Source of the DNA: Candidatus Omnitrophota bacterium
GTDB lineage: Bacteria > Omnitrophota > Gorgyraeia > 2-01-FULL-45-10
Direction: 5' to 3'
Assembly (NCBI GenBank): GCA_041661345.1
Contig: JBAZUO010000008.1
Coordinates: 1-60,468, forward strand
DNA length: 60,468 nucleotides
The notes under the pieces were generated by a model, which saw nothing but the letters and a program-made list of their open reading frames with translations, had not been told where the DNA came from and searched no databases. This document shows, in pieces, positions 44,746 to 54,097 of the stretch. Position 1 is the first letter of the stretch. The number at the start of each line of letters is the position of its first letter. The translations under genes and the position numbers were made by a program.

Positions 44746-45714
44746 TCATACCTCACTTATTTTTTTAAATTTAATCTTAAACTGGGGGCTTAGCAGATAG
44801 ATGAGTCCGCCGATTATACTGATCATGAACAGGATAACGAGCCAGAGTATACTGACCGCGCAGGCGTTCTCCTTCCCTATCAATGGGCCAAATAGAAGTA
44901 CCGTCGAGCCCTCTCTCAAGCCCAGGCCGTTTATAGAAGGAAGTATGCTCATAGCGCTTATCAGGGGTATCCTTAGCAGAAGTTCGCTGGGAGCTATCCT
45001 GGAACCGATACTTAAGGCAAGAACCCCGTAACTTACGAAAAAGGAGAGCTGGCTTATGACCGAAATGACCACGGATTCAAGCATTAAGCGTGTGTGGTGC
45101 TTGTAAATATGTATCGCATTATAAGCCTTTTTGAGGCGTTCTTCCAACGGACGCACTAAAAATAAAAATATTGAAAATTTTCTGGCGATATTTTTATTTG
45201 CCATGAATATTACGAAAGCGAGCGAGGCGAGGGTGATCATATATATCAGCACCCTTACTTTTGCATCGATAATTCTCGCCGGAACAAAAAGAAGGGCTAT
45301 CGATGCGATGAATATCATCGTAAGAAGGCCTATCGCCCTGTCTATAAAAACGGATGTAAACGACTGCATTTTGTTGGAGCTTTTTTTAGACAGATAATAC
45401 GCTTTTACGACATCGCCGCCGATGGACGTGGGTAAAAAATTATTGAAGAAATATCCTATAAATGTCAGGGAAAATGAGTCAAGAAAGGTGATCCCAGTAT
45501 CGCCGGATGCCCCTACTATCAGCTTTAGCCTGTAAGATGCGATAGCGATCGCGGCGATGAATATGAGCACCGCCGTAATGAATAACAACGAATTTGTGCC
45601 CTTTAACGCGGCAAGTATCTGGCTGTACTTACCCCTCATAATATATAGTAATATTGATATGAGGGCCAGGCTTACAAGCGTCCGCAGACATACCGATACT
45701 ATTTTATTTTTCAT
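44746..45714 (-). CDS. flippase-like (UPF0104 / lysylphosphatidylglycerol synthase TM region) membrane protein
   Basis: 322 aa, ~8 TM. FFNNFLPTSIGGDVVKAYYL motif typical of UPF0104. Confidence 0.7.
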   Translation of the reverse strand: MKNKIVSVCLRTLVSLALISILLYIMRGKYSQILAALKGTNSLLFITAVLIFIAAIAIASYRLKLIVGASGDTGITFLDSFSLTFIGYFFNNFLPTSIGGDVVKAYYLSKKSSNKMQSFTSVFIDRAIGLLTMIFIASIALLFVPARIIDAKVRVLIYMITLASLAFVIFMANKNIARKFSIFLFLVRPLEERLKKAYNAIHIYKHHTRLMLESVVISVISQLSFFVSYGVLALSIGSRIAPSELLLRIPLISAMSILPSINGLGLREGSTVLLFGPLIGKENACAVSILWLVILFMISIIGGLIYLLSPQFKIKFKKISEV

Positions 45715-45759
45715 GGAAGTAATAATTTAGCATACGCCTTGCCGGTTGTAAAGAGGAAT

Positions 45760-46692
45760 TTACGCTTGCTTCTTGTGCTCGAGGTTCGATATGTGCTGTT
45801 CGACCTTGGCCATAGCGCCCTGGGCCTCATTATTGTGCTTGGAGTGAGCGTTTTCAACGTGGCTTATGATGATATTGTATATACTCCTGAACCTGTCATA
45901 GTCGTTGCGAAGAGCTGTCACTTTATTCAATATATCTTTTGCATTTTCCTCTATTCTCAATGCCTTCATGCCCTGTAAGATGGTCATGAGATACGGATAG
46001 ATCGTCTGCGGGCTTGTCGGATAGACTTTTTTTCTCAACGCGTAATCCACGAGCGCGTTATCTTCACCGAACTGCCTGTTCTTGACGAATGCCTCATAAT
46101 AGACAGCCTCGGAGGCTATATACATGAGTGCGAAATCGCATGTTCCCTCATTGGGCAGGATATATTTGGATGTTTCGTCAATTCTCTTCTTAACCGCGAT
46201 TGAGAATGATCTCCAGCAGGCCTTTTTTGTATTATCATCCCCGGCTGCCAGCATCCTATTGAAGTCTTCCAGGGATAATTTAGAGTCTATCGGCACCATG
46301 TAATCTTTGAATTTAATTACGAAATCTACCGTGCCGGAGCTTAAGCGGTACTGCGTTTTAAACATGTCGTTCGAAAGAACATCGGAGAGCGCTTTTTCAA
46401 GCAGGCGTTCACCGGCTGCACCCGCGCCTTTCGGCATGATGAATAGGTTTTTCAGGGTTGTGACCTCTGTCATCACATCCTTTATCTGCATTGCCTTCTG
46501 ATTAAGGCCGCCCATCCTCTCGTTAAGGCTTTCGATCGTGGCCGATGCCTGACGTCTTAGCTCATCATTGACGGGCATTTTCTCGTTCAAATTCTTCAGG
46601 TGATCCGCCATATCGCGCATACGGATGATGAGGTAAAAGACGGCGAGTCCCAGGCAAATCATTAATGCCATCAGTGCCAAATTAAATACCAT
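45760..46692 (-). CDS. rmuC: DNA recombination protein RmuC (short form)
   Basis: 310 aa with an N-terminal TM/coiled coil. VDFVIKFKDYMVPIDSKLSLEDF resembles the RmuC core. Confidence 0.7.
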   Translation of the reverse strand: MVFNLALMALMICLGLAVFYLIIRMRDMADHLKNLNEKMPVNDELRRQASATIESLNERMGGLNQKAMQIKDVMTEVTTLKNLFIMPKGAGAAGERLLEKALSDVLSNDMFKTQYRLSSGTVDFVIKFKDYMVPIDSKLSLEDFNRMLAAGDDNTKKACWRSFSIAVKKRIDETSKYILPNEGTCDFALMYIASEAVYYEAFVKNRQFGEDNALVDYALRKKVYPTSPQTIYPYLMTILQGMKALRIEENAKDILNKVTALRNDYDRFRSIYNIIISHVENAHSKHNNEAQGAMAKVEQHISNLEHKKQA

Positions 46693-46706
46693 CTTTTAAT
46701 CCCCTT

Positions 46707-47495
46707 TTACAAGCCTAAATCTTTCTTAAGTTGCGCGACTTTGAATTCCGCAGCCTCAGCGCCCTTTTCGATCGCCTCGGCCCCCCGCTCGAATGATGCC
46801 TGATCGATATCACCTAAGTCAACCTTTATCACCATATCTGCCTCCCCCGACTGATATTTATTCAACTCTTCACCCGTTATCTGGAAGGCTTGCAATATTA
46901 TCTGGAATATGTTATTTATTTCGCCCCTCTTTATACAAAATCCTACGTCGACGGCCAGTATGTAATCAGCATGGCCTGCGTTCGCTATCTTCGTGGGTAC
47001 GCTATTCTTGATGCCGCCGTCGCACAGGAGCTTGCCGTCGATCTTTACAGGATTGAATATCGCCGGCCAGGAGCAGCTTGCGCGTACTACTTTTACAAGG
47101 TCGCCATTACGATAGACGATCTCTTCGCCTGTCTCGATGTTTGTTGTTACTACCGCCAGGGGTATTTTACAGTCATTAAAACCTTTACTGTCGATCAAAG
47201 CCCTGATCGACGCCTCCAGTTTAGCTCCTTTGAGAAGCCCCATTTTGGGAATTGTCGGATCGAGCAGTTGATTTGCGGTATATTTAAGCGCGTCATTCTC
47301 CATCTGCTTAACGGGCACACCCACCGAATATGCGGCGCCGATCAGGGCGCCCATGCTCGTCCCGACTATGCTGTCTATGGGGATCTTTTCACGCTCAAGG
47401 ACCTTCAGTACGCCGATGTGCGCTATGCCGCGAGCTGAGCCCCCGCCAAGCACAAGGGTTAATTTTCTTTTCTTTTTGAAGGCATCAAATAGCAT
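46707..47495 (-). CDS. patatin-like phospholipase
   Basis: 262 aa. GGGSARG oxyanion motif, GTSMG nucleophile elbow, DGG catalytic Asp. Confidence 0.88.
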   Translation of the reverse strand: MLFDAFKKKRKLTLVLGGGSARGIAHIGVLKVLEREKIPIDSIVGTSMGALIGAAYSVGVPVKQMENDALKYTANQLLDPTIPKMGLLKGAKLEASIRALIDSKGFNDCKIPLAVVTTNIETGEEIVYRNGDLVKVVRASCSWPAIFNPVKIDGKLLCDGGIKNSVPTKIANAGHADYILAVDVGFCIKRGEINNIFQIILQAFQITGEELNKYQSGEADMVIKVDLGDIDQASFERGAEAIEKGAEAAEFKVAQLKKDLGL

Positions 47496-47505
47496 CTTAT
47501 CTCCT

Positions 47506-48321
47506 TTACGAAATTATTATGCCGGCGTAACCGACAACGGACGAATAATCGCCTGAGACATCGCCGCTTGTTGCGTATTTTATCAATTGCGCTTTTTTTG
47601 CGCCGAGCTCTTTGGCGGCTGCGATCATGATAGCCGTAGGGGCAAAGCCGCACATCGTGATACCCATTTCGGATATGCGGTCAACCAGCTTCCCCTCGTC
47701 CAGGCTAAGTATAGCGTCTATTGCCTGCGAATCCTTATTTTTGGCTTCGGCCTGAGGCTCATAATGCGTCATATCACTTGACGCGATTATCGTGACATTA
47801 CCTTCGACCTTCAGCTCTCTTATCGAATCCGCTATCGCCTTACCGATCTTGCGGTATGTGTTGATATCCGCGTATGAAATAACTATCGGGACAAATTTAA
47901 ACGGCTTGCCCGGGTATTGCAAAAATGGGAGCTGTACCTCTATTGAATGCTCCTGGATATTTGAAAGCTCGTCGCTTTTAACGAGGCCGCAATGTTTCTT
48001 TATGGCGCTGGCCAAATCCGAATCTATCTCGGCATCCCCGAGAGGAGTATTCCAGGCGCGGCATGATGACATGCCGAATTGTTTTCCCAGGCCCGTGTGG
48101 TTAGGCCCCATGATGATGTATGATTTTTTGATTCTGATCTCCCGGAAGACGCTTCCCGCCACGGCACCCGAGTACATATATCCGGCATGAGGGGACACGA
48201 TCCCTATGGCATCCAGTTTATCGGATCGAACGCCTACCAGGGAATCCAGCTCTTTGGTTAGAGATTCCTTTGAATCGGAATAGAATTGCCCTGCTACCAC
48301 AGAATTGCGGACTGATTTCAT
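47506..48321 (-). CDS. AmmeMemoRadiSam system protein B (Memo-like)
   Basis: 271 aa. VSPHAGYMYSG..., HSIEVQLPFLQ, SSDMTHY motifs. Confidence 0.85.
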   Translation of the reverse strand: MKSVRNSVVAGQFYSDSKESLTKELDSLVGVRSDKLDAIGIVSPHAGYMYSGAVAGSVFREIRIKKSYIIMGPNHTGLGKQFGMSSCRAWNTPLGDAEIDSDLASAIKKHCGLVKSDELSNIQEHSIEVQLPFLQYPGKPFKFVPIVISYADINTYRKIGKAIADSIRELKVEGNVTIIASSDMTHYEPQAEAKNKDSQAIDAILSLDEGKLVDRISEMGITMCGFAPTAIMIAAAKELGAKKAQLIKYATSGDVSGDYSSVVGYAGIIIS

Positions 48322-48324
48322 GCT

Positions 48325-49227
48325 TTACCCTAACATCTTTTTAAGGTATTCGGCACCCCTTAATATCTGATTTGCCGTCGCCGGATGATGCACCTCGATC
48401 ACCTTTATCGTGTCTTTTTTTATGTAAGGCTTAAGCATCTTGAAATCGAATGTGCCAAGGCCCGGAACCTTATGATCGTCGATGGCACCCATTATATCAT
48501 GCAGGTGTATCCCTATCAAGCGGCTCGAGAATTTGTCGAGCATCTCCTTGTGGCTAACGAGGCCCAACCTATCAAAAACCTCACCATGGCCGACGTCGTG
48601 CCAGTAGTAAAGGCCGCCATCTGCAAAGTTTTTAAATATCTCGGAAAACTCATCCATGAGGGGTATCTCGCGGTAATAATATCTATTCTCTATTCCAAGC
48701 GCCACATTCATATCCTTGGCAAAAACGGAAAGCTCCATCAGGCTCTTTATCACATTGTCGAGGTATCCGTCTTTTTTCTCATCTCTCTCTCGTACCATAT
48801 CCTCTTTGATTGCCTTGAATTTTTCAGCTTCGCCTATACTATTAGCGAGATCTCTCGTTTTATCCTTCATCTGAACTCTGCCGGCGTGAAGCACGACGGC
48901 CCTGGCACCGAACATTCTCGCGTAACGTATCGTATTCTTTGCCGCATCTATCGCCAGAGACCTCTCTTCCCCGTCTGACGAGGCAAGCGAGTAAAAATCA
49001 GGGGAGGCTTCGTCGCGGTCTATCTCTTCCGGCAGAGGGCATATATTGTGCAGGCTCGAGACGTGTATTAGGCCGCGCTGCTGCATGGCGAGGATATCCT
49101 TAACCATCATTTCGGTGAGCGCGAAATTTAATTCTATCGTGTCAAATCCCATCGACTTTATTTCATCCACGAGGTCGCTTCCGTTGTCATGCCTGAATGA
49201 GTTCCATGAGGTAGAAAGACTGAACAT
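48325..49227 (-). CDS. sugar phosphate isomerase/epimerase (xylose isomerase-like TIM barrel)
   Basis: 300 aa. GFDTIELNF..., VVLHAG, GIENRYY, GIHLHD pattern. Confidence 0.7.
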   Translation of the reverse strand: MFSLSTSWNSFRHDNGSDLVDEIKSMGFDTIELNFALTEMMVKDILAMQQRGLIHVSSLHNICPLPEEIDRDEASPDFYSLASSDGEERSLAIDAAKNTIRYARMFGARAVVLHAGRVQMKDKTRDLANSIGEAEKFKAIKEDMVRERDEKKDGYLDNVIKSLMELSVFAKDMNVALGIENRYYYREIPLMDEFSEIFKNFADGGLYYWHDVGHGEVFDRLGLVSHKEMLDKFSSRLIGIHLHDIMGAIDDHKVPGLGTFDFKMLKPYIKKDTIKVIEVHHPATANQILRGAEYLKKMLG

Positions 49228-49243
49228 TATATTGTTTTGTGGC

Positions 49244-51811
49244 CTATTTTGGTGTGATGATCAATTCCGCGCACGAGTCAAGATCGTAATACTTACGGCA
49301 GACCCTTCTTACGTCGTCCTTCGTAACCTTATCGATCATCGATTTGTATTTATAAAGATTATCATAGCCCGTGCCGTATAATTCATCCAGCGCGCTATTG
49401 TGAGAATAAAAAAGGTTGGTCTGCGAGGCTATTTCGTAATTGGTGATCAACTCCCTCTTTGCCAGGGTCAGCTCTTCGTCACTTATATAATCGTTCTTAA
49501 TGCCTTTTATTACTTCAACGAGCCCATTTTTTGCATCCTCGACTCTATTTACGGAAGTGGCTATGTAAATAATCGAAAATCCGGTATCCCTGCAGTATTT
49601 TTGAATAGAGCCAAGGGCATAGGAAAGATGCGCCTTATCGCGCAGTTCGCTAAATAGCCTTCCGGAATACCCCGATAGTATCGAACCTATAACATCGAGA
49701 CAGTACCTGTCCGGATTTTTCACATTCGCGGTTTGAAAACCAATAGATACCAGGCTTTGCTCCTTATCCATCTTAAGCGTTTTGGCTATAGTTTTATCGA
49801 TCCTTGTGATCTCTTTCGCCGGGGAAATATCGATTTTACCTGATTTTAATTCTGAAAAAACTTTTGTAAGTTTATTAATGACATCCGCAGTATCGATGTC
49901 GCCGGAGACTGATATTACCATGTTTGAAGGCATTGTGAACTTTTTATAGAAGGACGCAATCATATTTCTGTTAAGCGCTTTAATCGAACCGGCTTCTCCC
50001 AGAATCCGAAGTCCGTAAGGCGAGGGCGCGAAGAGTTCGCTCCTGACGGCCTCGAAACCTTTTCTGAATATATCGTCCTCCTCCTGTCTTATCATCGCAA
50101 GGACAATACTTTTTTCTTTGTCGAGTTCTTCTTCGGAGAAGGTGGAGTTAAAAACTATGTCTCCCAGCATATCGATGCCCCTATCCAGATCACCCTTCAA
50201 TACCTCCAGATTTAATCCGAAGGCATTAAATCCACTGAAGGCCGAAAGATTTCCGCCCATCGCCTCTACTGCCCCCACGATATCCTTCTCCTTGCGGGCG
50301 GCGGTCCCTTTTAGAAGCATTTTGGATACGATATTTGATATTCCGTTATTGGCGCTGTTTTCTTCGGCGACACCTCCCCCAATGACCATGGTTAAGGAAA
50401 CGATTGGCGCTTTTGTGTTCTCTCTGACGATAATCTTAAGGCCGTTTGCGAGTGTTGTCAGCTTTAGGGGCGATTCGCGAAAAGCGCTGGATGTCTCGCC
50501 TGATTGCAAAGGCTGATAGCCGCGCGGCATAAGCCTTATTACGGTAAGGTTGTCAATCTTTAAGTATTTATCGGCAACTCTCTTTAAGTCTTCCCGGGTA
50601 ACTTTTTCTATTCCAGTAACATACCTTTTGGAAAAATCGATGGAGCCGGTTAATATATAGTCCTGCGAAAGATCGGCGGCTTCATCGTCAATATTTTCGC
50701 GTGAAAATATGTAGTCGGCCAGAACCATTCGCTTCGCCCCCTCGATCTCTTCATCGCTTATCGCCCCCCGCTTCAGCTTCTCGATCTCATCGAGAATTGT
50801 GCTTTCGCAGGAACCCACATTTTCCTTGTCTAGGACAGCCATTATGACAAAGAGTCCTGGATCTTTGGGCGTGTAGTTCCAACAGGATATCGAGTAAGCT
50901 ATTCTTTTATTTTTTTTAAGTTGCGTGTTAAGCCTGGAGTTGTCCCCACGCCCGAGGATCATGGAAAGAAGGTCCATCGCGAAAAGGTCCTCGTCAAGAA
51001 CGCCTGTCGAATGAAACGCATATGCGGCGTAAGCCAGATTGATATCCGCGCTCTCGTCACGAGCTCTTTTGCCTATCTGCTTGGGCTCGCTCAAATACTG
51101 GCTTGAGACAGCGTAATTGGGCCGTCTGAAATTACTAAAAATTTTTCCCGCAGTTCGTAGGGCGTCGGTAGTCTTTATATCGCCTACGATCGATATGACC
51201 ATTTTGTTCGGAACATACATTCTGTTGTAATAACGTAGGGCATCATCCACCGATAACTTATTAAAATTTTCTTCGTATCCGATCGGCGGATACCTGTACG
51301 CATGATACAGGTAGGCGGTCTCATTGGTTAACCTGAATAGCTGTCGTTCGGGTTCATCTTTATTTAAACGGACCTCGCTTAATATGACATCCTTCTCTTT
51401 GTCGAACTCCCGCTTATCAAAGTTTGCATTAAGCAGCATATCCTGCAATATTGTTAAGCCCTTATCAAGATATTGCGATGGGATCGTCACCCGGTAATCC
51501 GTAATATCCTGGGAAACGGAACCGTTAATTAAGCCTCCGTAAGACTTTATCTCCTTCTCTATCTGTCCGGCTCCCCTCGTCTCGGTTCCCTTAAACACCA
51601 TATGCTCAACCAGGTGGGAAATGCCGCTAGCCAGATATTCTGCTTCATCGCCTGAGCCCGCTAAAATCTTAACATCTATCGCGACGAGGCCTTCCGGTGG
51701 GCGCTCTTCCACCAAAAGAGTAAGGCCGTTATCCAGTGTCGTCCTGGTAACGGCCTTATCCGGTAAGCCCACATTAGCTTGTGCAGCCAGCGCCGCACCC
51801 GCAAAAAACAT
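49244..51811 (-). CDS. tandem M16 (pitrilysin/insulinase) family peptidase; true start probably upstream non-ATG (51844)
   Basis: 855 aa. HLVEHMVFKGT inverted zinc motif in the first half, and a second inactive-type M16 module. See the finding on the start codon. Confidence 0.85.
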   Translation of the reverse strand: MFFAGAALAAQANVGLPDKAVTRTTLDNGLTLLVEERPPEGLVAIDVKILAGSGDEAEYLASGISHLVEHMVFKGTETRGAGQIEKEIKSYGGLINGSVSQDITDYRVTIPSQYLDKGLTILQDMLLNANFDKREFDKEKDVILSEVRLNKDEPERQLFRLTNETAYLYHAYRYPPIGYEENFNKLSVDDALRYYNRMYVPNKMVISIVGDIKTTDALRTAGKIFSNFRRPNYAVSSQYLSEPKQIGKRARDESADINLAYAAYAFHSTGVLDEDLFAMDLLSMILGRGDNSRLNTQLKKNKRIAYSISCWNYTPKDPGLFVIMAVLDKENVGSCESTILDEIEKLKRGAISDEEIEGAKRMVLADYIFSRENIDDEAADLSQDYILTGSIDFSKRYVTGIEKVTREDLKRVADKYLKIDNLTVIRLMPRGYQPLQSGETSSAFRESPLKLTTLANGLKIIVRENTKAPIVSLTMVIGGGVAEENSANNGISNIVSKMLLKGTAARKEKDIVGAVEAMGGNLSAFSGFNAFGLNLEVLKGDLDRGIDMLGDIVFNSTFSEEELDKEKSIVLAMIRQEEDDIFRKGFEAVRSELFAPSPYGLRILGEAGSIKALNRNMIASFYKKFTMPSNMVISVSGDIDTADVINKLTKVFSELKSGKIDISPAKEITRIDKTIAKTLKMDKEQSLVSIGFQTANVKNPDRYCLDVIGSILSGYSGRLFSELRDKAHLSYALGSIQKYCRDTGFSIIYIATSVNRVEDAKNGLVEVIKGIKNDYISDEELTLAKRELITNYEIASQTNLFYSHNSALDELYGTGYDNLYKYKSMIDKVTKDDVRRVCRKYYDLDSCAELIITPK

Positions 51812-51837
51812 GATAAATGTAAAGTACAGGCACTTCT

Positions 51838-52008
51838 TTAAAATGACTTATACCCCATTTTTTTCTTGCGGCGTTTCCGCTCGCTGGGTTTTTCGTAGTG
51901 CTTTCTTGCCTTGAGCGTCTTAAGTATTCCTTCGATCTCTATCTTCTTCTTGAAACGCCTCAACGCCTTTTCCAACGGTTCGTTCTCGCCCACGTTGATC
52001 TTCGGCAT
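51838..52008 (-). CDS. rpsU: 30S ribosomal protein S21 (56 aa)
   Basis: Below the ORF-track cutoff. Manual translation gives MPKINVGENEPLEKALRRFKKKIEIEGILKTLKARKHYEKPSERKRRKKKMGYKSF*. GGGGTGA SD upstream. Confidence 0.92.
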   Translation of the reverse strand: MPKINVGENEPLEKALRRFKKKIEIEGILKTLKARKHYEKPSERKRRKKKMGYKSF

Positions 52009-52069
52009 TATTTTATCACCCCTTCAGATTATTATTTTGTCTTATTCTAACAGCAAGATGGATCGTTTG

Positions 52070-52453
52070 TCAAGTTTTTAGCTTAGACCAGAACTCCTCC
52101 GACTTTACAGGGGTAGCGTAAGAGCTTCTCGCGTAATAGTAGATATCTTTATCTGAGCTTACAACCCTCAAATTTCTCCTCTGTCTCTCCGGGGTCTTAT
52201 CTATATACCTCTTTATATATTTGTCGGCATCCCTGGCTGCCACAATAGATAACTGCTCGTGGTTTTTATGATCGAGCCCCAAGAATTCGTTTGTGCTGTC
52301 GAAGACAAGTATGACCGGGTCTTTACGCTTAACCTGAAATTGCACCAGGCGCGATATCAACGCCGCGGCGGACTCGAGAGAGTCGCCTTCATCATCGTTG
52401 ATATCCGACGCATCGCTTCTTATCAAATTCCATCCATCGATTATTATGGGCAT
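52070..52453 (-). CDS. NYN/PIN-like (YacP-like) domain protein
   Basis: 127 aa. MPIIIDGWNLIR...ILVFDS...VVSSDKDI acidic-residue pattern of NYN ribonuclease-like domains. Confidence 0.6.
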   Translation of the reverse strand: MPIIIDGWNLIRSDASDINDDEGDSLESAAALISRLVQFQVKRKDPVILVFDSTNEFLGLDHKNHEQLSIVAARDADKYIKRYIDKTPERQRRNLRVVSSDKDIYYYARSSYATPVKSEEFWSKLKT

Positions 52454-52456
52454 ATA

Positions 52457-52705
52457 CTACTGCATCGCGCCCTTCAACTGGCTCATTTCGATCTTGAAGA
52501 GCCTGTAGATTTCAACCGAAGCATGGAACATCCACATGGTCATCAATATAAGCAGGATCGTGAGAACGATCTTATGCCATTTTTTAAAACCGGGGCTTAT
52601 CCATACAAGCGGTAAGGCGAATGGCCCAGCTACGAATATCCATACGATCACCATCGCCGGCTTAAGATACCACTTTATACTCGGTTTATCAATCTCTACG
52701 CTCAT
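52457..52705 (-). CDS. small two-TM membrane protein
   Basis: 82 aa with two clear hydrophobic helices. AGGAAA SD ~9 nt upstream. Confidence 0.55.
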   Translation of the reverse strand: MSVEIDKPSIKWYLKPAMVIVWIFVAGPFALPLVWISPGFKKWHKIVLTILLILMTMWMFHASVEIYRLFKIEMSQLKGAMQ

Positions 52706-52722
52706 ATTTTAAATTTCCTATT

Positions 52723-52955
52723 AAATTTTCCGGGTCCTGCCGCGACCTCGTCTTTTCTTTCTAGGGCTCGCACGGGGTTCACAATAGATAAGGTAAATCA
52801 CACGTTGTGTCTGTATGCCCGCTAGGATTGCCTACAACAGAACCAGCGTAACTGGGGCGCGGGCTTACTATTATGCAATCCTAAACGGCGGGCACCCCCA
52901 TCCCATGCTCACCTCTCATCAATAAAAGCCTTCGGTCGCGTCACCCGTAAAATTT
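52723..52955. ncRNA. candidate structured element, domain 1 (nested long-range helices)
   Basis: Outer pairing: 52723-52729/52949-52955, 52731-52735/52943-52947, 52741-52747/52934-52940. Inner pairing: 52817-52822/52888-52893 and 52825-52831/52875-52881. All are Watson-Crick. Confidence 0.35.
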
Positions 52956-52992
52956 CCTGCTCTCCTCAATAAATTTTTCGCTTCTTAGTATT

Positions 52993-53232
52993 GGCGGAAC
53001 TTTTGTACGCCGCGGCGTTATTCTATAGCCGCCCGGCCAGTGGGGTTGAGCCGTGAAATTTTGCTGAGGTTTAACTTACTCCCCACATAGATTGACGAAA
53101 CTGTGAACGAAAGAGCAGATATATACGAAATAACTAAAACAAAATACAAATATCCTGGAAAAGCAAAATTAGGCGAAGCCCCCTGGCCGGGTGACTAACA
53201 GCATATGAGACGGATAGTGCAAAAGTTCCGCC
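52993..53232. ncRNA. candidate structured element or MITE-like inverted repeat, domain 2
   Basis: 13-bp perfect pairing 52993-53005/53220-53232, and 9-bp perfect pairing 53032-53040/53183-53191, separated by spacers of 26 and 28 nt. Local hairpins 53040-53045/53081-53086 and 53045-53052/53068-53075 (two G-U on plus). Confidence 0.35.
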
Positions 53233-53263
53233 TACTTGTCCAACACGAAAAATTTCAGCCTTC

Positions 53264-54070
53264 CTACTTCCCTCCGAAGGGATTATTAAAAACGTTCTTG
53301 AGCTTATCAGCCGTCTCTTTAACCGTTTCCTGGGTTTTCGCTACGGACTCTTTTGCGGCTGTGGTTGCCCGGGCCGCGGCTTGCTGCGCCCCCGCGAGCG
53401 TGTCTGAGACCGAAGATTTCATGCTGCCGATATCAAAGTTCGCCATGCCGGCTATAGAGGTATTCGCTAATGCCTTGACGACGATCAGGCTTACCAGCGC
53501 ACTGGGATTATCTATGTTCGTATAGGTTTCATCTATATTGATATTGAATTCTTTGACGTCAGGGGCTCCACCCTTCGAATAATCTTTATAAACGGCCTTA
53601 CCTATCTTAAGCCTTAAACTGTCGATCTTTACATTAGGTGCTTTTCCTGCAGAAACGCGCTTCTCGGGCTTTTTTGCTTCACCTTTCTTCCCGGCCTGTG
53701 CGACCTTCAGCGAATTCAGATTTAACTCACCCTTTTCATTCTTCACAACAGTAAATTCTTCCATATCTATGCGCACATCAGATAAATGAACGGTACCGCC
53801 GAATATCGCGGGCAGATCGTAGTGTACATATATCTGCGGCATATCAAGCATTACCCTGTCCTTAAAGCCGGTTGGATTATAGAGTTTCAATCCTCCTATG
53901 TTAACCGCCGTTCTCAGTATACCGACATTGAAGTTTCGTATGCTTAGCTTTAACCCGGTTACGATCTCGACACCCTTCTCCACCGAAATCTTAACGATAG
54001 CATCTTTTATGAAACCGAAAGCCACGATTGCTACTATAATACCTATCACAATCACTAGCTTCTTATTCAT
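53264..54070 (-). CDS. membrane-anchored hypothetical protein
   Basis: 268 aa with an N-terminal TM. Beta-rich region followed by an Ala/Lys-rich C-terminal tail. No motif I can name. Confidence 0.5.
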   Translation of the reverse strand: MNKKLVIVIGIIVAIVAFGFIKDAIVKISVEKGVEIVTGLKLSIRNFNVGILRTAVNIGGLKLYNPTGFKDRVMLDMPQIYVHYDLPAIFGGTVHLSDVRIDMEEFTVVKNEKGELNLNSLKVAQAGKKGEAKKPEKRVSAGKAPNVKIDSLRLKIGKAVYKDYSKGGAPDVKEFNINIDETYTNIDNPSALVSLIVVKALANTSIAGMANFDIGSMKSSVSDTLAGAQQAAARATTAAKESVAKTQETVKETADKLKNVFNNPFGGK

Positions 54071-54097
54071 GATGCCTCCCCTCTCTTTTGTTGCTTA

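Noticed and set aside
52820-52855. RNase P RNA-like motif: GCTAGGATTGCCTACAACAGAACCAGCGTAACTGG on the plus strand resembles the CTAGATGA...ACAGAACCCGGCTTA (P4 3' strand / CR-IV-V) region of type A RNase P RNA.
   Set aside because: I could not find the obligatory GGAAAGTCC (CR-I) or GGTAAGGGTGAAA-type elements on the same strand. The ~300 nt that would have to lie upstream is occupied by a convincing minus-strand membrane-protein ORF (52457-52705). I treat this as a chance resemblance pending a cmscan.
52993-53232. Invertible promoter switch (fimS-like) bounded by the 13-bp inverted repeats.
   Set aside because: There is no tyrosine or serine recombinase gene anywhere in the window, and I saw no clear outward-facing promoter in the enclosed segment. 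It is kept only as a minor alternative within the main finding.
53205-53525. Plus-strand 106-aa ORF that starts inside the structured gap.
   Set aside because: Most of it is antisense to the 268-aa minus-strand gene. It is Ala/Ser-rich shadow-frame sequence with no SD.
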